Positions 48,818 through 61,066 of a DNA stretch of 64,000 nucleotides are shown one piece after another. Source of the stretch: an uncultured Alphaproteobacteria bacterium (GTDB taxonomy: Bacteria; Pseudomonadota; Alphaproteobacteria; Rhizobiales; Rhodomicrobiaceae); contig CAWJHQ010000013.1 of NCBI GenBank assembly GCA_963842775.1, positions 162,896 to 226,895 on the forward strand. The letters are read 5' to 3'. The first letter of the stretch is position 1, and each line of letters opens with the position of its first letter. The position numbers and the translations under genes were made by a program. The notes beneath the pieces were generated by a model. That model saw only the letters and a program-made list of their open reading frames with translations. It was not told the DNA's origin and ran no database searches.

Positions 48818-49982
48818 TTGGCGGCATTGAGTTCATATGGCCTTCCGGCTGAGAGCGATCGGGGGAGCGGCATCCAACTCTGGCTTGCCCGGCTGAACCT
48901 CGCCAACTTCCGCAATTATACGCAAGCCACACTGCATCTGGAGGCACGTTCCGTCGTGCTGACCGGGCATAATGGCTCCGGCAAGACGAATATTCTCGAA
49001 GCGATCTCCATGCTGGCGCCCGGCCGCGGCCTTCGCGGCGCTCCTTTCACCGATCTGGCGCGGCTAAAAGGCGATGGCGGCTGGGCCGTCTCGGCGCGGC
49101 TCTGGCGCGACGGCGCGGAGATTGCGTTGGGCACCGGCCAGCAAGTCGGCGCGGGCGGCGCATCGTCGGGGCGAATCGTCAAGATCGACGGCGAACAGAC
49201 CGGCGGGTCCGGCGCCCTTGGCGAGTATTTGCAGGTTCTGTGGCTCATTCCGGCCATGGACGGCATGTTTACCGGCGCGGCATCCGAACGCCGCCGCTTT
49301 CTCGACCGGATGGTCGCGACGTTCGACGGCGCGCATCGCACGCGTCTCAACGCATTCGACCGCGCCATGCGCCAGCGCAACCGGCTGCTGGAAATCGGCG
49401 AGCGCTCCGAGCGCTTTTTCGCCGCGATCGAAAGCCAGATGGCGGAAACCGGCACCGCGATCGCCGCCGCGCGCATCGAGACGGTGGATCGGCTCGGCTG
49501 CGTGGCCACGGCGGCGCCCAATGCGGCAAGCGGCGCGTTTCCCCACGCTATCCTCGCCTTGGAGGGGACGCTGGAAGCGGCTTTGCGCGATCTGCCTGCG
49601 GTCGATGTCGAGGATGATTATGCACGCCAGCTCGCCGCGGGCCGCGATCGTGACCGCGCCGCCGGCCGCACCCTCACCGGCCCGCATCGCGCCGATCTCA
49701 GGGTGGCGCATGGGCCCGAAAGACATGCCTGCCGGCCTCTGCTCGACGGGCGAACAGAAGGCGCTGCTCATCGGCCTCGTTCTCGCACATGCGAAAGCGG
49801 TGAAGGAGGCGCGTGCGGGCCTTGCGCCGCTGCTGCTTTTAGACGAAATTGCAGCCCATCTGGACGAGCCGCGCCGCGCCGCCCTGTTCGAGGAAATCGA
49901 GCGGCTCGGCGCGCAGGCGTGGATGACCGGAACTGACAGCGGAAGTATTTCTGTCGCTTCAGGAAAAGGCCGAGTTTCTTAA
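48818..49982 (+). CDS. recF: DNA replication and repair protein RecF, split into 48818-~49720 and ~49740-49982 by an apparent frameshift
   Basis: LANFRNY...[17 protein letters not shown] (Walker A) ... then [19 protein letters not shown]...[11 protein letters not shown] (signature and Walker B). Confidence 0.9.
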
Positions 49983-50063
49983 CGTCGCCGAAGGCGCTAT
50001 AACACATCTCGGCAAACGCGCTGGCCGGCTTCATGTGACGCAAACGAGATTGAGTTAGGATAG

Positions 50064-52503
<2,440 letters not shown>

Positions 52504-52527
52504 GGGTTTTGAGTTGCTTGGGTAGGC

Positions 52528-53641
52528 GTGGGGATGTCTCTGTCCAGCGTGACGATGATGGTCCGGTCGTTCCAGCGGGGCGTCGATTTTGCGTGGTTCA
52601 TCTCACAGCTAGGCATCGCGGCCCTGTTGGCTCGGCTGGGATGGCGCGTTGCCGTTACATTTTGCGTCGACGCAAAAAAGAAATGCGTCGTCGCCCTGGA
52701 AACCGATAAGGCGATCATCCTAGGCGGCCGCATCCACAAGCGCCGCTCGGGAAGCGAAGATGCTTCATCCGGCCTTTGGCAGGATTCTCGTGCGTTTGCT
52801 CCGATTGTGTGACGCTCGCGGCGTCCGCCTCTATGTATGGGGCTACGCGGACAAGCAATTTTTCGGCTTCAGCTTCGCCGACTTCGCCAAGACCTCAAGG
52901 CTGGAGACGGGCCTGTTCGGTGTCGGCGCGCGCTACAATGCAAAAGAGTTTTCGTATGTTGTCGATAGCAGGGCTCCGTATTTTGACGGCCGCGCCCAAA
53001 CCGATCTGGAAAGCCTGCTTTCGGCAACCCCAACGGGCGTCTGGAAGACCAACGTTCAGGCGGCACAGTTCATCAAGACTGTAGCGGGATCGGATTTCCA
53101 GAAATATGCTGAGATCAATCGCGATCTCAACATTGCCATTGGCGAGCAGGATGTCGTTGTCGTCGGGCAATGCGAAGGTGACGCGGCCTGGATCGAGACC
53201 GACAGCATGGTCTCCGATAATGTAAATCTGATCGAGGAAGCGGCTAAGCTTTTCGGCAGCTCGGAAATTTTTTACAAGCCCCACCCGTTTAATCGAACCA
53301 ATCAAAGAGACATTGCCGCCGTCGAGGAAAGAGGCTTGGCGCGCATTGTCGCCCCTGAAATATCATTTGCCCAGATTGCTGCGAAGCGCCCGATTGTCGT
53401 GGTCAATACATCCGGCGCGGGTCTGGAAGCCGCATTGCGCGGCTGTACGGTGCACACATTCGGCACCAGCTATTATTCGCATTGGGGTTTCACGCAGGAC
53501 CGCACCGCATGCCCGAGACGTTCCAACAGGCTCACTCCCGAGGATGTGTTCTACGTCTTGGTTTTTAACTATTGCAAATATGGACAAAGAGCGCCGCTCA
53601 AGCGGCTGGACGCCGAGCAGGTGACGCAAAAATCGGCTTGA
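52528..53641 (+). CDS. Capsule polysaccharide biosynthesis protein (KpsS/KpsC-like Capsule_synth family); the N-terminal ~90 aa are in a different frame (apparent frameshift near 52780)
   Basis: ...SEIFYKPHPFNRTN...IVVVNTSGAGLEAALRGCTVHTFGTSYYSHWGFT matches the KpsS/KpsC C-terminal pattern. Confidence 0.6.
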
Positions 53642-53651
53642 TACAGAGACT

Positions 53652-53750
53652 ATTCCATTCCGATTGAATCGGACACGGGGGGCTCTATCTCTTCATTTGG
53701 CTGCATTTTCGCGACGCAAACCGGTGTCCGCTTTGCTGGAAAATGCTCTA
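53652..53750 (+). repeat. R3 intergenic element, copy 1 (palindrome TCCGATTGAATCGGA ... CTCTATCTCT ... nested hairpin GCATTTTC-GCGACGCAAACCGGTGTCCGCTTTGCTG-GAAAATGC)
   Basis: Similar copies are at 55425-55560 and 58632-58726; a possible degenerate relative is at 47465-47505. Confidence 0.6.
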
Positions 53751-54479
53751 AATACCGGCGACCTTGCGTTTAACCCGCTTGATCCGTTTGGCAGCTGATT
53801 TCTTCCACCGGGCTAACATCCCCGAAGCGCGCTTTGGCTGATACGGATCTTCGATGTGCCGTCCCCAGCCAATATGTCTGACGGCCGGATTTTCCAGCCC
53901 GGCCATTCGGAAGCCGGCTTTCTTGAAGGCGTAGCTGATATCCGGCTCGTGGCCCAACGGGGCGAATGCGCCGAATTCCTTATAATCCCTGAGGCGGCGA
54001 AGGCCGGGATTGAACGAATAGCTGAAATATTCCGGATGGAGCGCTGGGTCATATTGGAAGAAGTCCACGCCGGCGGCGCTCTCCACCGGAAGTTTTCGGA
54101 TTAAAGGATTCAATTCTTCGCGTGGACGGAGGCCGACCATGCTCACCCTATCGACATGCTGCAATAGAACCGCCGACTCGGTGATGAAGCCGCTTCGAAA
54201 AAACTCCCAATCGTCCTCGCAGTGAAAAATATAGGGCGTGGATACGGTCTGATACGCCCTGTCGATCGATGCGATCTGGCCCAGTTTTACATCGTTGACC
54301 AGAATTTCGAAATCGCCGTCAAATTCGGATGCGACAGTCTCAACGGTGGGATCGCATGAATCTTCCACGATGATGATTTTCTGGGGCCGGACGTCGAGAT
54401 TCGGGAGCAATGACGCAAGCGTCGCTCGCAGCAGGTCGAATTGGCCACAACTCGTGATCACCACCGAGTAGGCTGTCAT
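53748..54479 (-). CDS. Glycosyltransferase (GT-A fold, DxD-type)
   Basis: MTAYSVVITSCGQFDLLRATLASL...KIIIVEDSCD...; start at cat 54477-54479. Confidence 0.6.
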   Translation of the reverse strand: MTAYSVVITSCGQFDLLRATLASLLPNLDVRPQKIIIVEDSCDPTVETVASEFDGDFEILVNDVKLGQIASIDRAYQTVSTPYIFHCEDDWEFFRSGFITESAVLLQHVDRVSMVGLRPREELNPLIRKLPVESAAGVDFFQYDPALHPEYFSYSFNPGLRRLRDYKEFGAFAPLGHEPDISYAFKKAGFRMAGLENPAVRHIGWGRHIEDPYQPKRASGMLARWKKSAAKRIKRVKRKVAGI

Positions 54480-54571
54480 GCCTTTCCCCCAGATTATTCG
54501 TTTTCTCTTGCCAGAGACGCGGATGACAGGGCAAGCGAAAAGCCATAAGGGCACGAGATCGGGTACAAACG

Positions 54572-55390
54572 ATGGCGGAGCAGGAGTTGGACAGACGTGT
54601 TGCGGGAGGCCCCTCCAGGGCTGCGCGATCGGCACCGCCGATCTCCTGCTACATACGCACGCTGAACGAGGAGCGGCGCATTCGCGACGTGGTGCGGGCG
54701 GCATTTCAGGTGGCCGAAGAGGTCGTGCTGATCGATTCAGGCTCGACCGACGCGACGCTGGCAATCGCCGAGGCGGAAGGCGCTCGGGTGATCGGGCAGC
54801 CATGGCTCGGTAACGGCCGCCAGAAGCGGGTGGGGGAAGAGGCCGCCCGTCATGATTGGGTCCTGGACATCGATGCGGACGAAGTCGTGACGCCTGAACT
54901 CGCGGCGGAGATACGCGATGTCTTCGCGGCCGGCCCGCAATTTCAGATGTATGAGCTGACGCTCATCACCGTGCCGCCTTTCGGCGCTCCGTGGCGCAAT
55001 TTCAAGAAAGCGCACCGCGTCAAGCTTTACAACAAGCGCCATATCCGCATTCCCGACCATGCCGCCTGGGATCAGTTCGAGGTTCCGCCGGGGGAAAAAC
55101 TCGGGACGCTACGACAGCCGATCATGCATTATGCCTTTGCTGGCATGGAGCATGTGATTACCAAGCTGAATCGCGCCAGTTCGGTCCGTGCGCGCGAAGC
55201 CAGGCTGAAGCCGCTTTGGAATGTGATTTTGCGGATCGTTTTCGGCTTGCCGCGTGTATTTTTTGAAGGAATATTTCGTCAATGGCCTCATTCGAGGCGG
55301 CATCTATGGCTTCGCCTATGCCTGTGCTCTTGCGTTCGGGCGCTGGCTGCGCGACGTCAAAATGTATGAGCGGCATCGACGGGATCGCTG
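54572..55390 (+). CDS. Glycosyltransferase family 2 (LPS core/capsule type); the C-terminal ~35 aa are in an alternate frame (apparent frameshift near 55280)
   Basis: ISCYIRTLNEERRIRDVVRAAFQVAEEVVLIDSGSTDATLAIAE...VLDIDADEVV. Confidence 0.75.
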
Positions 55391-55424
55391 AAGCACACCG
55401 TCCGACCTGTTTCGCTCAGAGCCT

Positions 55425-55560
55425 TTTCCGTTCCGATTGACATCGGAACGGGCTCTATCTCTTTGTCTCTCTTTGTCTGGTCGCATTTTCGCGGGCGCAA
55501 ACCGCTGTCCATCCCCGCCTTCGCGGAGACAGGCTTTTGCTGGAAAATACGCTAAATATC
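55425..55560 (+). repeat. R3 intergenic element, copy 2
   Basis: GTTCCGATTGACATCGGAAC ... CTCTATCTCT ... GCATTTTCGCGGGCGCAAACCGCTGTCC...TGCTGGAAAATACGC. Confidence 0.6.
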
Positions 55561-56449
55561 AGCGCCCCAGCTCTTTGCGGTGCATCAAACTTACCAAACT
55601 CGGCTGCGTCGCCTCCGTCTTGATCGATGCTCTGGCGCGTCGTGCGGCAGGAAGCGTGACGAACACCTCGGCGTCTTCGGGCTTTTCCTGCCCCCATGTA
55701 AGCTCCAGCATTTTCGCGATGCGCGTCGTCCGCATGAATGCGTGGCAGAGCGCGAAGTAGAAGCCTTTCCAGCCCCCGAAAATATGGCGCCGGCCAAAAT
55801 AGCATTTGAGGAAGTTGAGCGGGAACTCGATGCCCAAGCGAAATTTGAGATAGGCGGCAGAACGGCGCTGCGAGTTCTGCGACCGGAAGCTGCTGAAATG
55901 ATTGTTTTTTTCGATGATATGAGAAAAAGACAGATAGGAATAATGGAAGATCGGCTGGCGAAGCTGCCTGGGCTCGATATTCCGCAAGATGACGCGATCA
56001 TGCACGGGATGTTCGCGATAGGCGCCTGCCGATCGGTGGTACAGCCTGACCTCGTTGTAATCGTTGGCCCATGGGCGCGGCTTGTCTTCCCCGGGATAGA
56101 CGGTAAGAATTCTCAGGCGGTAAGCCGCAGGGTCCGGCGCCCGTCCACCCGGGAAGAGGGCCTGGATCTCCGCTGCCAGCTCTGGTGTGACGACCTCGTC
56201 GGCATCGATATTCAGCACCCACATGTTGCGGCAGAGGCGTTCCGCAAAACCCTTTTGCGAGCCGTATCCCTTCCACTCATTGTAGCTGACCTTGGCCCCG
56301 AGCGACCTGGCCAGTTCAACGGTCCGATCGCTGCTTCCCGAATCCACCACGATAATTTCGTCCACCCAAGGTTTCAGGGCGGAGATGGTCCTCGGGAGGC
56401 GCTTCTCCTCATTCTTGACGATGATGAAAGCCGAAATTGGGATCGTCAC
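55559..56449 (-). CDS. Glycosyltransferase family 2, paralog of 54572-55390. The probable start is GTG at 56447-56449, and the C-terminus may be inflated by read-through into repeat copy E.
   Basis: VTIPISAFIIVKNEEKRLPRTISALKPWVDEIIVVDSGSSDRTVELA...VLNIDADEVV. Confidence 0.7.
   Translation of the reverse strand: MTIPISAFIIVKNEEKRLPRTISALKPWVDEIIVVDSGSSDRTVELARSLGAKVSYNEWKGYGSQKGFAERLCRNMWVLNIDADEVVTPELAAEIQALFPGGRAPDPAAYRLRILTVYPGEDKPRPWANDYNEVRLYHRSAGAYREHPVHDRVILRNIEPRQLRQPIFHYSYLSFSHIIEKNNHFSSFRSQNSQRRSAAYLKFRLGIEFPLNFLKCYFGRRHIFGGWKGFYFALCHAFMRTTRIAKMLELTWGQEKPEDAEVFVTLPAARRARASIKTEATQPSLVSLMHRKELGR
55581..55629 (-). repeat. Copy E (reverse orientation, first hairpin only) of the two-hairpin element
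   Basis: Read on the minus strand it gives GCATCGATCAAGACGGAGGCGACGCAGCCGAGTTTGGTAAGTTTGATGCAC. Confidence 0.5.
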
Positions 56450-56712
56450 GGTGGCGCCCGCATAAGTAGCAAAATCACCGTACACAACTACATGCTGCAG
56501 GCTGCACAAAAAAGTAGTGATTATACTGTTCCACAACCTTCGGGCGATCTGGCGGATTTTGGGAGAAAGCGTCACGGGCCGCGCACGCAAGCGGCCACAC
56601 ATTAGCAGCACTGTCGGGTGACTGCTGCTAAGCCATTGTTCTGGCAACAATAAATGGAACTCTTAACCTCGCTACGCTATACTCTCGGAGCACACGTTCG
56701 TCAACGGAAGAG

Positions 56713-56988
56713 GTGTCAATGACGGATCAGCATTTCCTTTCGCAAGTGCGAGGCTATAGCCTGACTACCGCCGAAATCCTTTACCGGATGCCCGACCATC
56801 CGGGATTGCTGCAATCCTTTCTCTGGCAGGAGTATGATCTGGCACCGCGATTCCCGCGGCTGGAAGCCTTCCTGCAATATTGGCGCGATCATCTTGAAGG
56901 CCCGCTCTACCGCGTGACGGTTTCGCATAAGAAATTGGTCTCCCCGGCGGAGTTCAATATCGCGAAAGGGAAATTCGTGTTGCATTAA
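56713..56988 (+). CDS. Usg-like family small protein
   Basis: MSMTDQHFLSQVRGYSLTTAEILYRMPDHPGLLQSFLWQEYDLAPRFPRLEAFLQYW... matches my recollection of the conserved alphaproteobacterial Usg family. Confidence 0.5.
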   Translation: MSMTDQHFLSQVRGYSLTTAEILYRMPDHPGLLQSFLWQEYDLAPRFPRLEAFLQYWRDHLEGPLYRVTVSHKKLVSPAEFNIAKGKFVLH

Positions 56989-57112
56989 CCACTTGGCGCG
57001 GCGCGTTGGGGCGTTTTTGCGCGGATTGGGCTCTGCGGGGCTTGATCAAGCGTGCCGCGGTCTGTATTCAGCGCAACTGAGGGCCTGTGGCTGAGCGCTG
57101 GATCGAGGACGG

Positions 57113-57862
57113 ATGATCAAATACACCAAGCGGGTGACGCGGCCTTATAAGCGCGCCGTGCAGGGCGGCTATCGTTCGATGCGGCGCTCCATCAGCGACA
57201 GATCGCCCGCCTGGCTCAGCCGTTCTCTCGAACCCGTGCTCGATTACATCGATCTGATCTTCGTCGATCACGGCATCTTCCGCTTAGCCTATGCGAACCG
57301 GCACCGGCTTTCGGCGGATGTGTGGCGGTCGAGCCAACCCTCACCTCTCGACATCCGCATCGTCGCCCGGCGCGGAGTGAAGACCGTCCTCAATCTGCGC
57401 GGCGATCGCGACTGCGGCAGCTACCGCCTGGAAGAGCAGGCCTGCCGGAAACACGGCATCCGGCTGGTGAATTTCACCGTCAGATCACGTCAGGCGCCCA
57501 CGAAGCGCACCTTCCATGAGGCCAAGGAGCTGTTCGACAGCATCGAATATCCGATGCTGCTGCATTGCAAATCCGGGGCCGACCGGGCGGGGCTGATGAG
57601 CGTGCTCTATATGATCCTGAAGGAGAATGTTCCGGTCGAGCAGGCGAAACGCCAGCTCAGTCTCCGCTTCGGCCACATCCGCCAGGCGGACACCGGCGTT
57701 CTCGATTTCGTGTTCGACAGCTATCTCGCCCATAATCGCCGCGAGCCGATCGCCTTTCTCGACTGGATCGACACGCATTATGACGAGAGGGCGATGAGCA
57801 AGAGTTTTAAGGCCAAATCGTGGGCCAATCTGATGGTCAACGGCGTTATGCGCCGGGAATAG
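57113..57862 (+). CDS. Protein-tyrosine/dual-specificity phosphatase-like protein (CX5R motif)
   Basis: ...YPMLLHCKSGADRAGLMSVLYM matches the HCxxGxxRxG P-loop. Confidence 0.6.
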   Translation: MIKYTKRVTRPYKRAVQGGYRSMRRSISDRSPAWLSRSLEPVLDYIDLIFVDHGIFRLAYANRHRLSADVWRSSQPSPLDIRIVARRGVKTVLNLRGDRDCGSYRLEEQACRKHGIRLVNFTVRSRQAPTKRTFHEAKELFDSIEYPMLLHCKSGADRAGLMSVLYMILKENVPVEQAKRQLSLRFGHIRQADTGVLDFVFDSYLAHNRREPIAFLDWIDTHYDERAMSKSFKAKSWANLMVNGVMRRE

Positions 57863-57881
57863 CCGGGGATCGGCTGCATTT

Positions 57882-58595
57882 TCAGCCGATCAGAGCCGCC
57901 CGCAGCGATGTTCCCGCGATCAGGTCGATCAGCGCCGCTCCCGGATAGAGAAACGCACTCCAGATGCCGAGGCCGGTTTGCGACCGGATGATATCGGGGA
58001 AGATCTGGAAGCGGTAATACGCCCAGGCCGCCAGGACCGGAATGAGCACGATCACCACCTGCAGGGCGGCGTGGCGCACCATGCGCGGCGCGATCTGATC
58101 GGCAAGGCGGAAGGCGAGCCCCTCCCAGCTTGACGCGCGGCCCGAGAATTTGAGCGCGTAGCGCGCGATCTGGCCGGCGGTCGAGGACCTCCCTTCCGCA
58201 TTGGTGAACGCCTCCCGGAAGCGCGTAAGGATGAGCCGGTAGAGGAAAAGCCGTGCCAGCTTGTGCGGTGTCACCCGGGTCGACAGCCAGACCGCCGCGA
58301 TCGGCAGCACGTCGATGATACCCGCGACCAGCGCCCATGTGCCGTAAAGACCGGCGGCGAGGACGATGGAGGTGACCGCAACCCTCAGCGTCTCGGCGTC
58401 ACCGATCGCCACTGCCGCCAATTCCGCCGCGCCGAAAAGCACCGCGACCACGAGCGAGGGGATCAGAATGCCCTGGACGCGCGTCTGGATGACCGCGTCG
58501 ACTTCCGCGAGGGCGAGCCGCTCCGCGACATCCTCGCCCCAGGCGAGCGCGCCCTGCAAGCCGCTGCGAAGCGCCTCGATGGACTTCAAAACCAT
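57882..58595 (-). CDS. Hypothetical multi-pass membrane protein
   Basis: Six or more hydrophobic segments; no recognisable family. Confidence 0.4.
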   Translation of the reverse strand: MVLKSIEALRSGLQGALAWGEDVAERLALAEVDAVIQTRVQGILIPSLVVAVLFGAAELAAVAIGDAETLRVAVTSIVLAAGLYGTWALVAGIIDVLPIAAVWLSTRVTPHKLARLFLYRLILTRFREAFTNAEGRSSTAGQIARYALKFSGRASSWEGLAFRLADQIAPRMVRHAALQVVIVLIPVLAAWAYYRFQIFPDIIRSQTGLGIWSAFLYPGAALIDLIAGTSLRAALIG

Positions 58596-58631
58596 GGCGC
58601 GGCCCTCCAAATCCCGTAAAGTCCTGGAGCC

Positions 58632-58726
58632 TGTTCGTTCCGATTGAACCGCAACGGGCCTTCGGCCTTTTACCCGGTCGCAGCTTTGCGACGCAAACCG
58701 GTACGCACTTTGCTGGAAAATGCTAG
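58632..58726 (+). repeat. R3 intergenic element, copy 3, ending 2 nt before the GTPase start codon
   Basis: GTTCCGATTGAACCGCAACGGG...TTTGCGACGCAAACCGGTACGCACTTTGCTGGAAAATGCTAGC. Confidence 0.6.
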
Positions 58727-58727
58727 C

Positions 58728-60458
58728 ATGACCGAAGGTTCAGGCCCAATGCGAACGGATGAAGACATCGCCGCCGCGCTCGACGATCCGGTCGATCTGC
58801 GCCCGTTGCTGCTTGCTGCGACGGATGCGGAATTGCAATCCATTCGCGACGCCCTCCCGGCGAACGGCGCCAGCCGCAATCCCGATGCGCTTTGCGTGGA
58901 AGTGGAACGGCTGATCGCCGAGCGCATTACGGCGGAGGAGGAGAAGCAGCGGGCGCCGTTATTCCGGCTTGCGGTGTGGGCGGCGCGGCGCTTGGGAGCG
59001 ACCGAAAAATTCCATAATCTCGATGAGGCCGACCGCGCGATCAACAGGCTGGCGAAGGGCGGGGGCGGCAAGTCCGCCAGCGCCGGGCCGGAATTGCGCT
59101 TTCCCGGCGGCGGCGATACGACCTTGCTGCAGATCGCGATGCATCTCGCCGAACTGCGGCAGAGGAAAAGCGGCAGGCTGCGGCGCTGGCGTCCCGTGCT
59201 CGACTGGCTTGTCGGCAAGGACAGGCCGCCGCGCGTCTCCGCTTCGGCGAAAAGGACGGCCGTGGCGCGCCGTACGGAAACGCTGCCTGGCTCGACTGCG
59301 CTCGAAGGCGACGCATTGTGGGATGCGATCCGGGGCGCCGCCGGCCGTCTCCCCCTCTCAGTCTGGGAAGAGAAATTGACCGAAGCCCGCAAGACGATTG
59401 GCCGCTTCAACATCATCGTTGCCGGACGCACCGGTGTCGGCAAGACGACGCTGATCGGCGCGATCTTCGGCGAGGAGGTCGGCAACACGCTGATGGGGCG
59501 GCCCCGGACGCGCGGGCGCATCTGGTATCCGCTGTCGCCGGGCGAGGCCGACATTCTGCGGCTCTGCGACACCGAGGGCCTTGAGATGGAGCGGTATAAG
59601 GAGACGCTCGACGGCCTGAAGCGCGAGATCGAAACCCGCAACGCTTCGGGCGACCCGTTCGACCATATTCACGTCGCCTGGCTATGTATCGACGAGCCGT
59701 CCCTGACGGTGCAGCCGGGCGAGGAAGAGCTGGTGAAGCTGCTGACGCGCGAGGGCATCCCGGTGATCGTCGTGCTGACCAAGGCCGGCATGGCGCCGGC
59801 CTTCAAGGCGAAGGTGCAGGAATTGATCCCGGACGCGCGGGCCGTGGTGCGCGTCCGCGCCCAGCCGATCGCCATGGAGGGGCAGAGCTTCCCGCAAATG
59901 GGCCTCGGCGAGCTGCTGCAGGCGACCGAGAACGCCATTCCCAACGCCGTCGAAGCCGCCTGGCATGTCGCCTCGCGCAATCTCGAAGCCATGCTGCGGC
60001 GCGCCGAAACGACGGTGCGGCGCGCGGCGGCGGCAGCGGGCGCGGCCGGCGCGACCCCGATACCGATCGCCGACGCGGCAGGTGTGTTCGGCATTCAGGT
60101 CGGGATGATCATCGCGATCAGCCTCAACATGGGCGTGAAACTGAAGCGCTCCGATCTCCAGGCCATGGCGATGACGCTGATCGGCGCGCTCGGGCTGACG
60201 GCGGGCGGACGCTTCCTTGCCGGTCAATTCGCCAAGCTCATTCCGGGGATCGGCACCATCGCCGGCTCGGCCATCACCGGCACCACGGCCGCAGCCTTGA
60301 CCTATGGCCTGGGCCGCGCCTATCTGGAATATCTGCGCGGCTTTTTCGAGCAGAATGAGCGTATGCCGGATGCCGACGAACTGGTGTCGGGTTTCCGCGT
60401 CTTCTGGCGGCGGTGGAAAAACAAGCAGGAATTGCCGCCGACAAATCAGGGTTCTTGA
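58728..60458 (+). CDS. GTPase (Era/EngB-like MMR_HSR1 G domain) with an unknown ~240-aa N-terminal domain and a C-terminal DUF697-like glycine-rich membrane-associated domain
   Basis: G1 is IIVAGRTGVGKTTLI, G3 is LCDTEGL and G4 is VVLTKAG. The C-terminus reads GVFGIQVGMIIAISLNMGV...IGALGLTAGGRFLAGQFAKLIPGIGTIAGSAITGTTAAALTYGLG. Confidence 0.65.
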   Translation: MTEGSGPMRTDEDIAAALDDPVDLRPLLLAATDAELQSIRDALPANGASRNPDALCVEVERLIAERITAEEEKQRAPLFRLAVWAARRLGATEKFHNLDEADRAINRLAKGGGGKSASAGPELRFPGGGDTTLLQIAMHLAELRQRKSGRLRRWRPVLDWLVGKDRPPRVSASAKRTAVARRTETLPGSTALEGDALWDAIRGAAGRLPLSVWEEKLTEARKTIGRFNIIVAGRTGVGKTTLIGAIFGEEVGNTLMGRPRTRGRIWYPLSPGEADILRLCDTEGLEMERYKETLDGLKREIETRNASGDPFDHIHVAWLCIDEPSLTVQPGEEELVKLLTREGIPVIVVLTKAGMAPAFKAKVQELIPDARAVVRVRAQPIAMEGQSFPQMGLGELLQATENAIPNAVEAAWHVASRNLEAMLRRAETTVRRAAAAAGAAGATPIPIADAAGVFGIQVGMIIAISLNMGVKLKRSDLQAMAMTLIGALGLTAGGRFLAGQFAKLIPGIGTIAGSAITGTTAAALTYGLGRAYLEYLRGFFEQNERMPDADELVSGFRVFWRRWKNKQELPPTNQGS

Positions 60459-60519
60459 TCATTTGACCGATTTATATAACTCTGTCGCGATGCCACGGGC
60501 AGAAAGAGAGTGCACCCCC

Positions 60520-60927
60520 ATGCCCAAAGCTATGAAAATCGGCTACGACGCCCTGATCCAGGCGGCCAGGCGGGAAATCGAGGAAGTGGATCCCGATCAA
60601 CTCATGGCCCGATTAGGGAAAGGCGATTTCATCATCGTCGATGTCCGGGATATTCGCGAGATCGAGCGGGACGGGCGCATTCCAGGCTCATTCCATTGTC
60701 CGCGCGGCATGCTCGAATTCTGGATCGATCCGGCCAGTCCCTATTTCAAGCCGATCTTCGGCGAGGCCAAGCGCTTCGTCTTTCATTGCACCCTCGATTG
60801 GCGCTCGGCGCTGGCAACGCAGACGGCGCAGAGAATGGGCATGGCCAACGTCGCGCACCTCAAGGGCGGCTTCAAGGCTTGGAAAGCGGCGGGCGGGCCT
60901 GTGGAAATGGTGACCGAAACGGCGTAA
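60520..60927 (+). CDS. Rhodanese-domain sulfurtransferase (single domain)
   Basis: ...FIIVDVRDIREIERDGRIPGSFHCPRG...RFVFHCTLDWRSA matches the active-site Cys loop. Confidence 0.75.
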   Translation: MPKAMKIGYDALIQAARREIEEVDPDQLMARLGKGDFIIVDVRDIREIERDGRIPGSFHCPRGMLEFWIDPASPYFKPIFGEAKRFVFHCTLDWRSALATQTAQRMGMANVAHLKGGFKAWKAAGGPVEMVTETA

Positions 60928-60946
60928 GGCTTGCGCGGTATCCTTA

Positions 60947-61050
60947 GGCATCGATCCAAACGGAGCTCCCAGCGGAGTTTGGTAAAATTGATGCATAGAC
61001 AAATAACTAGGACGCCGGCACGTGAACGAAGTGATGTGCCGGTACTAGGG
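60947..61050 (+). repeat. Copy D of the two-hairpin element, ending ~17 nt before the carboxyltransferase start
   Basis: GCATCGATCCAAACGGAGCTCCCAGCGGAGTTTGGTAAAATTGATGCATAGAC...GCCGGCAC-GTGAACGAAGTGAT-GTGCCGGT. Confidence 0.6.
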
Positions 61051-61066
61051 CAGACAGGATGACCGC

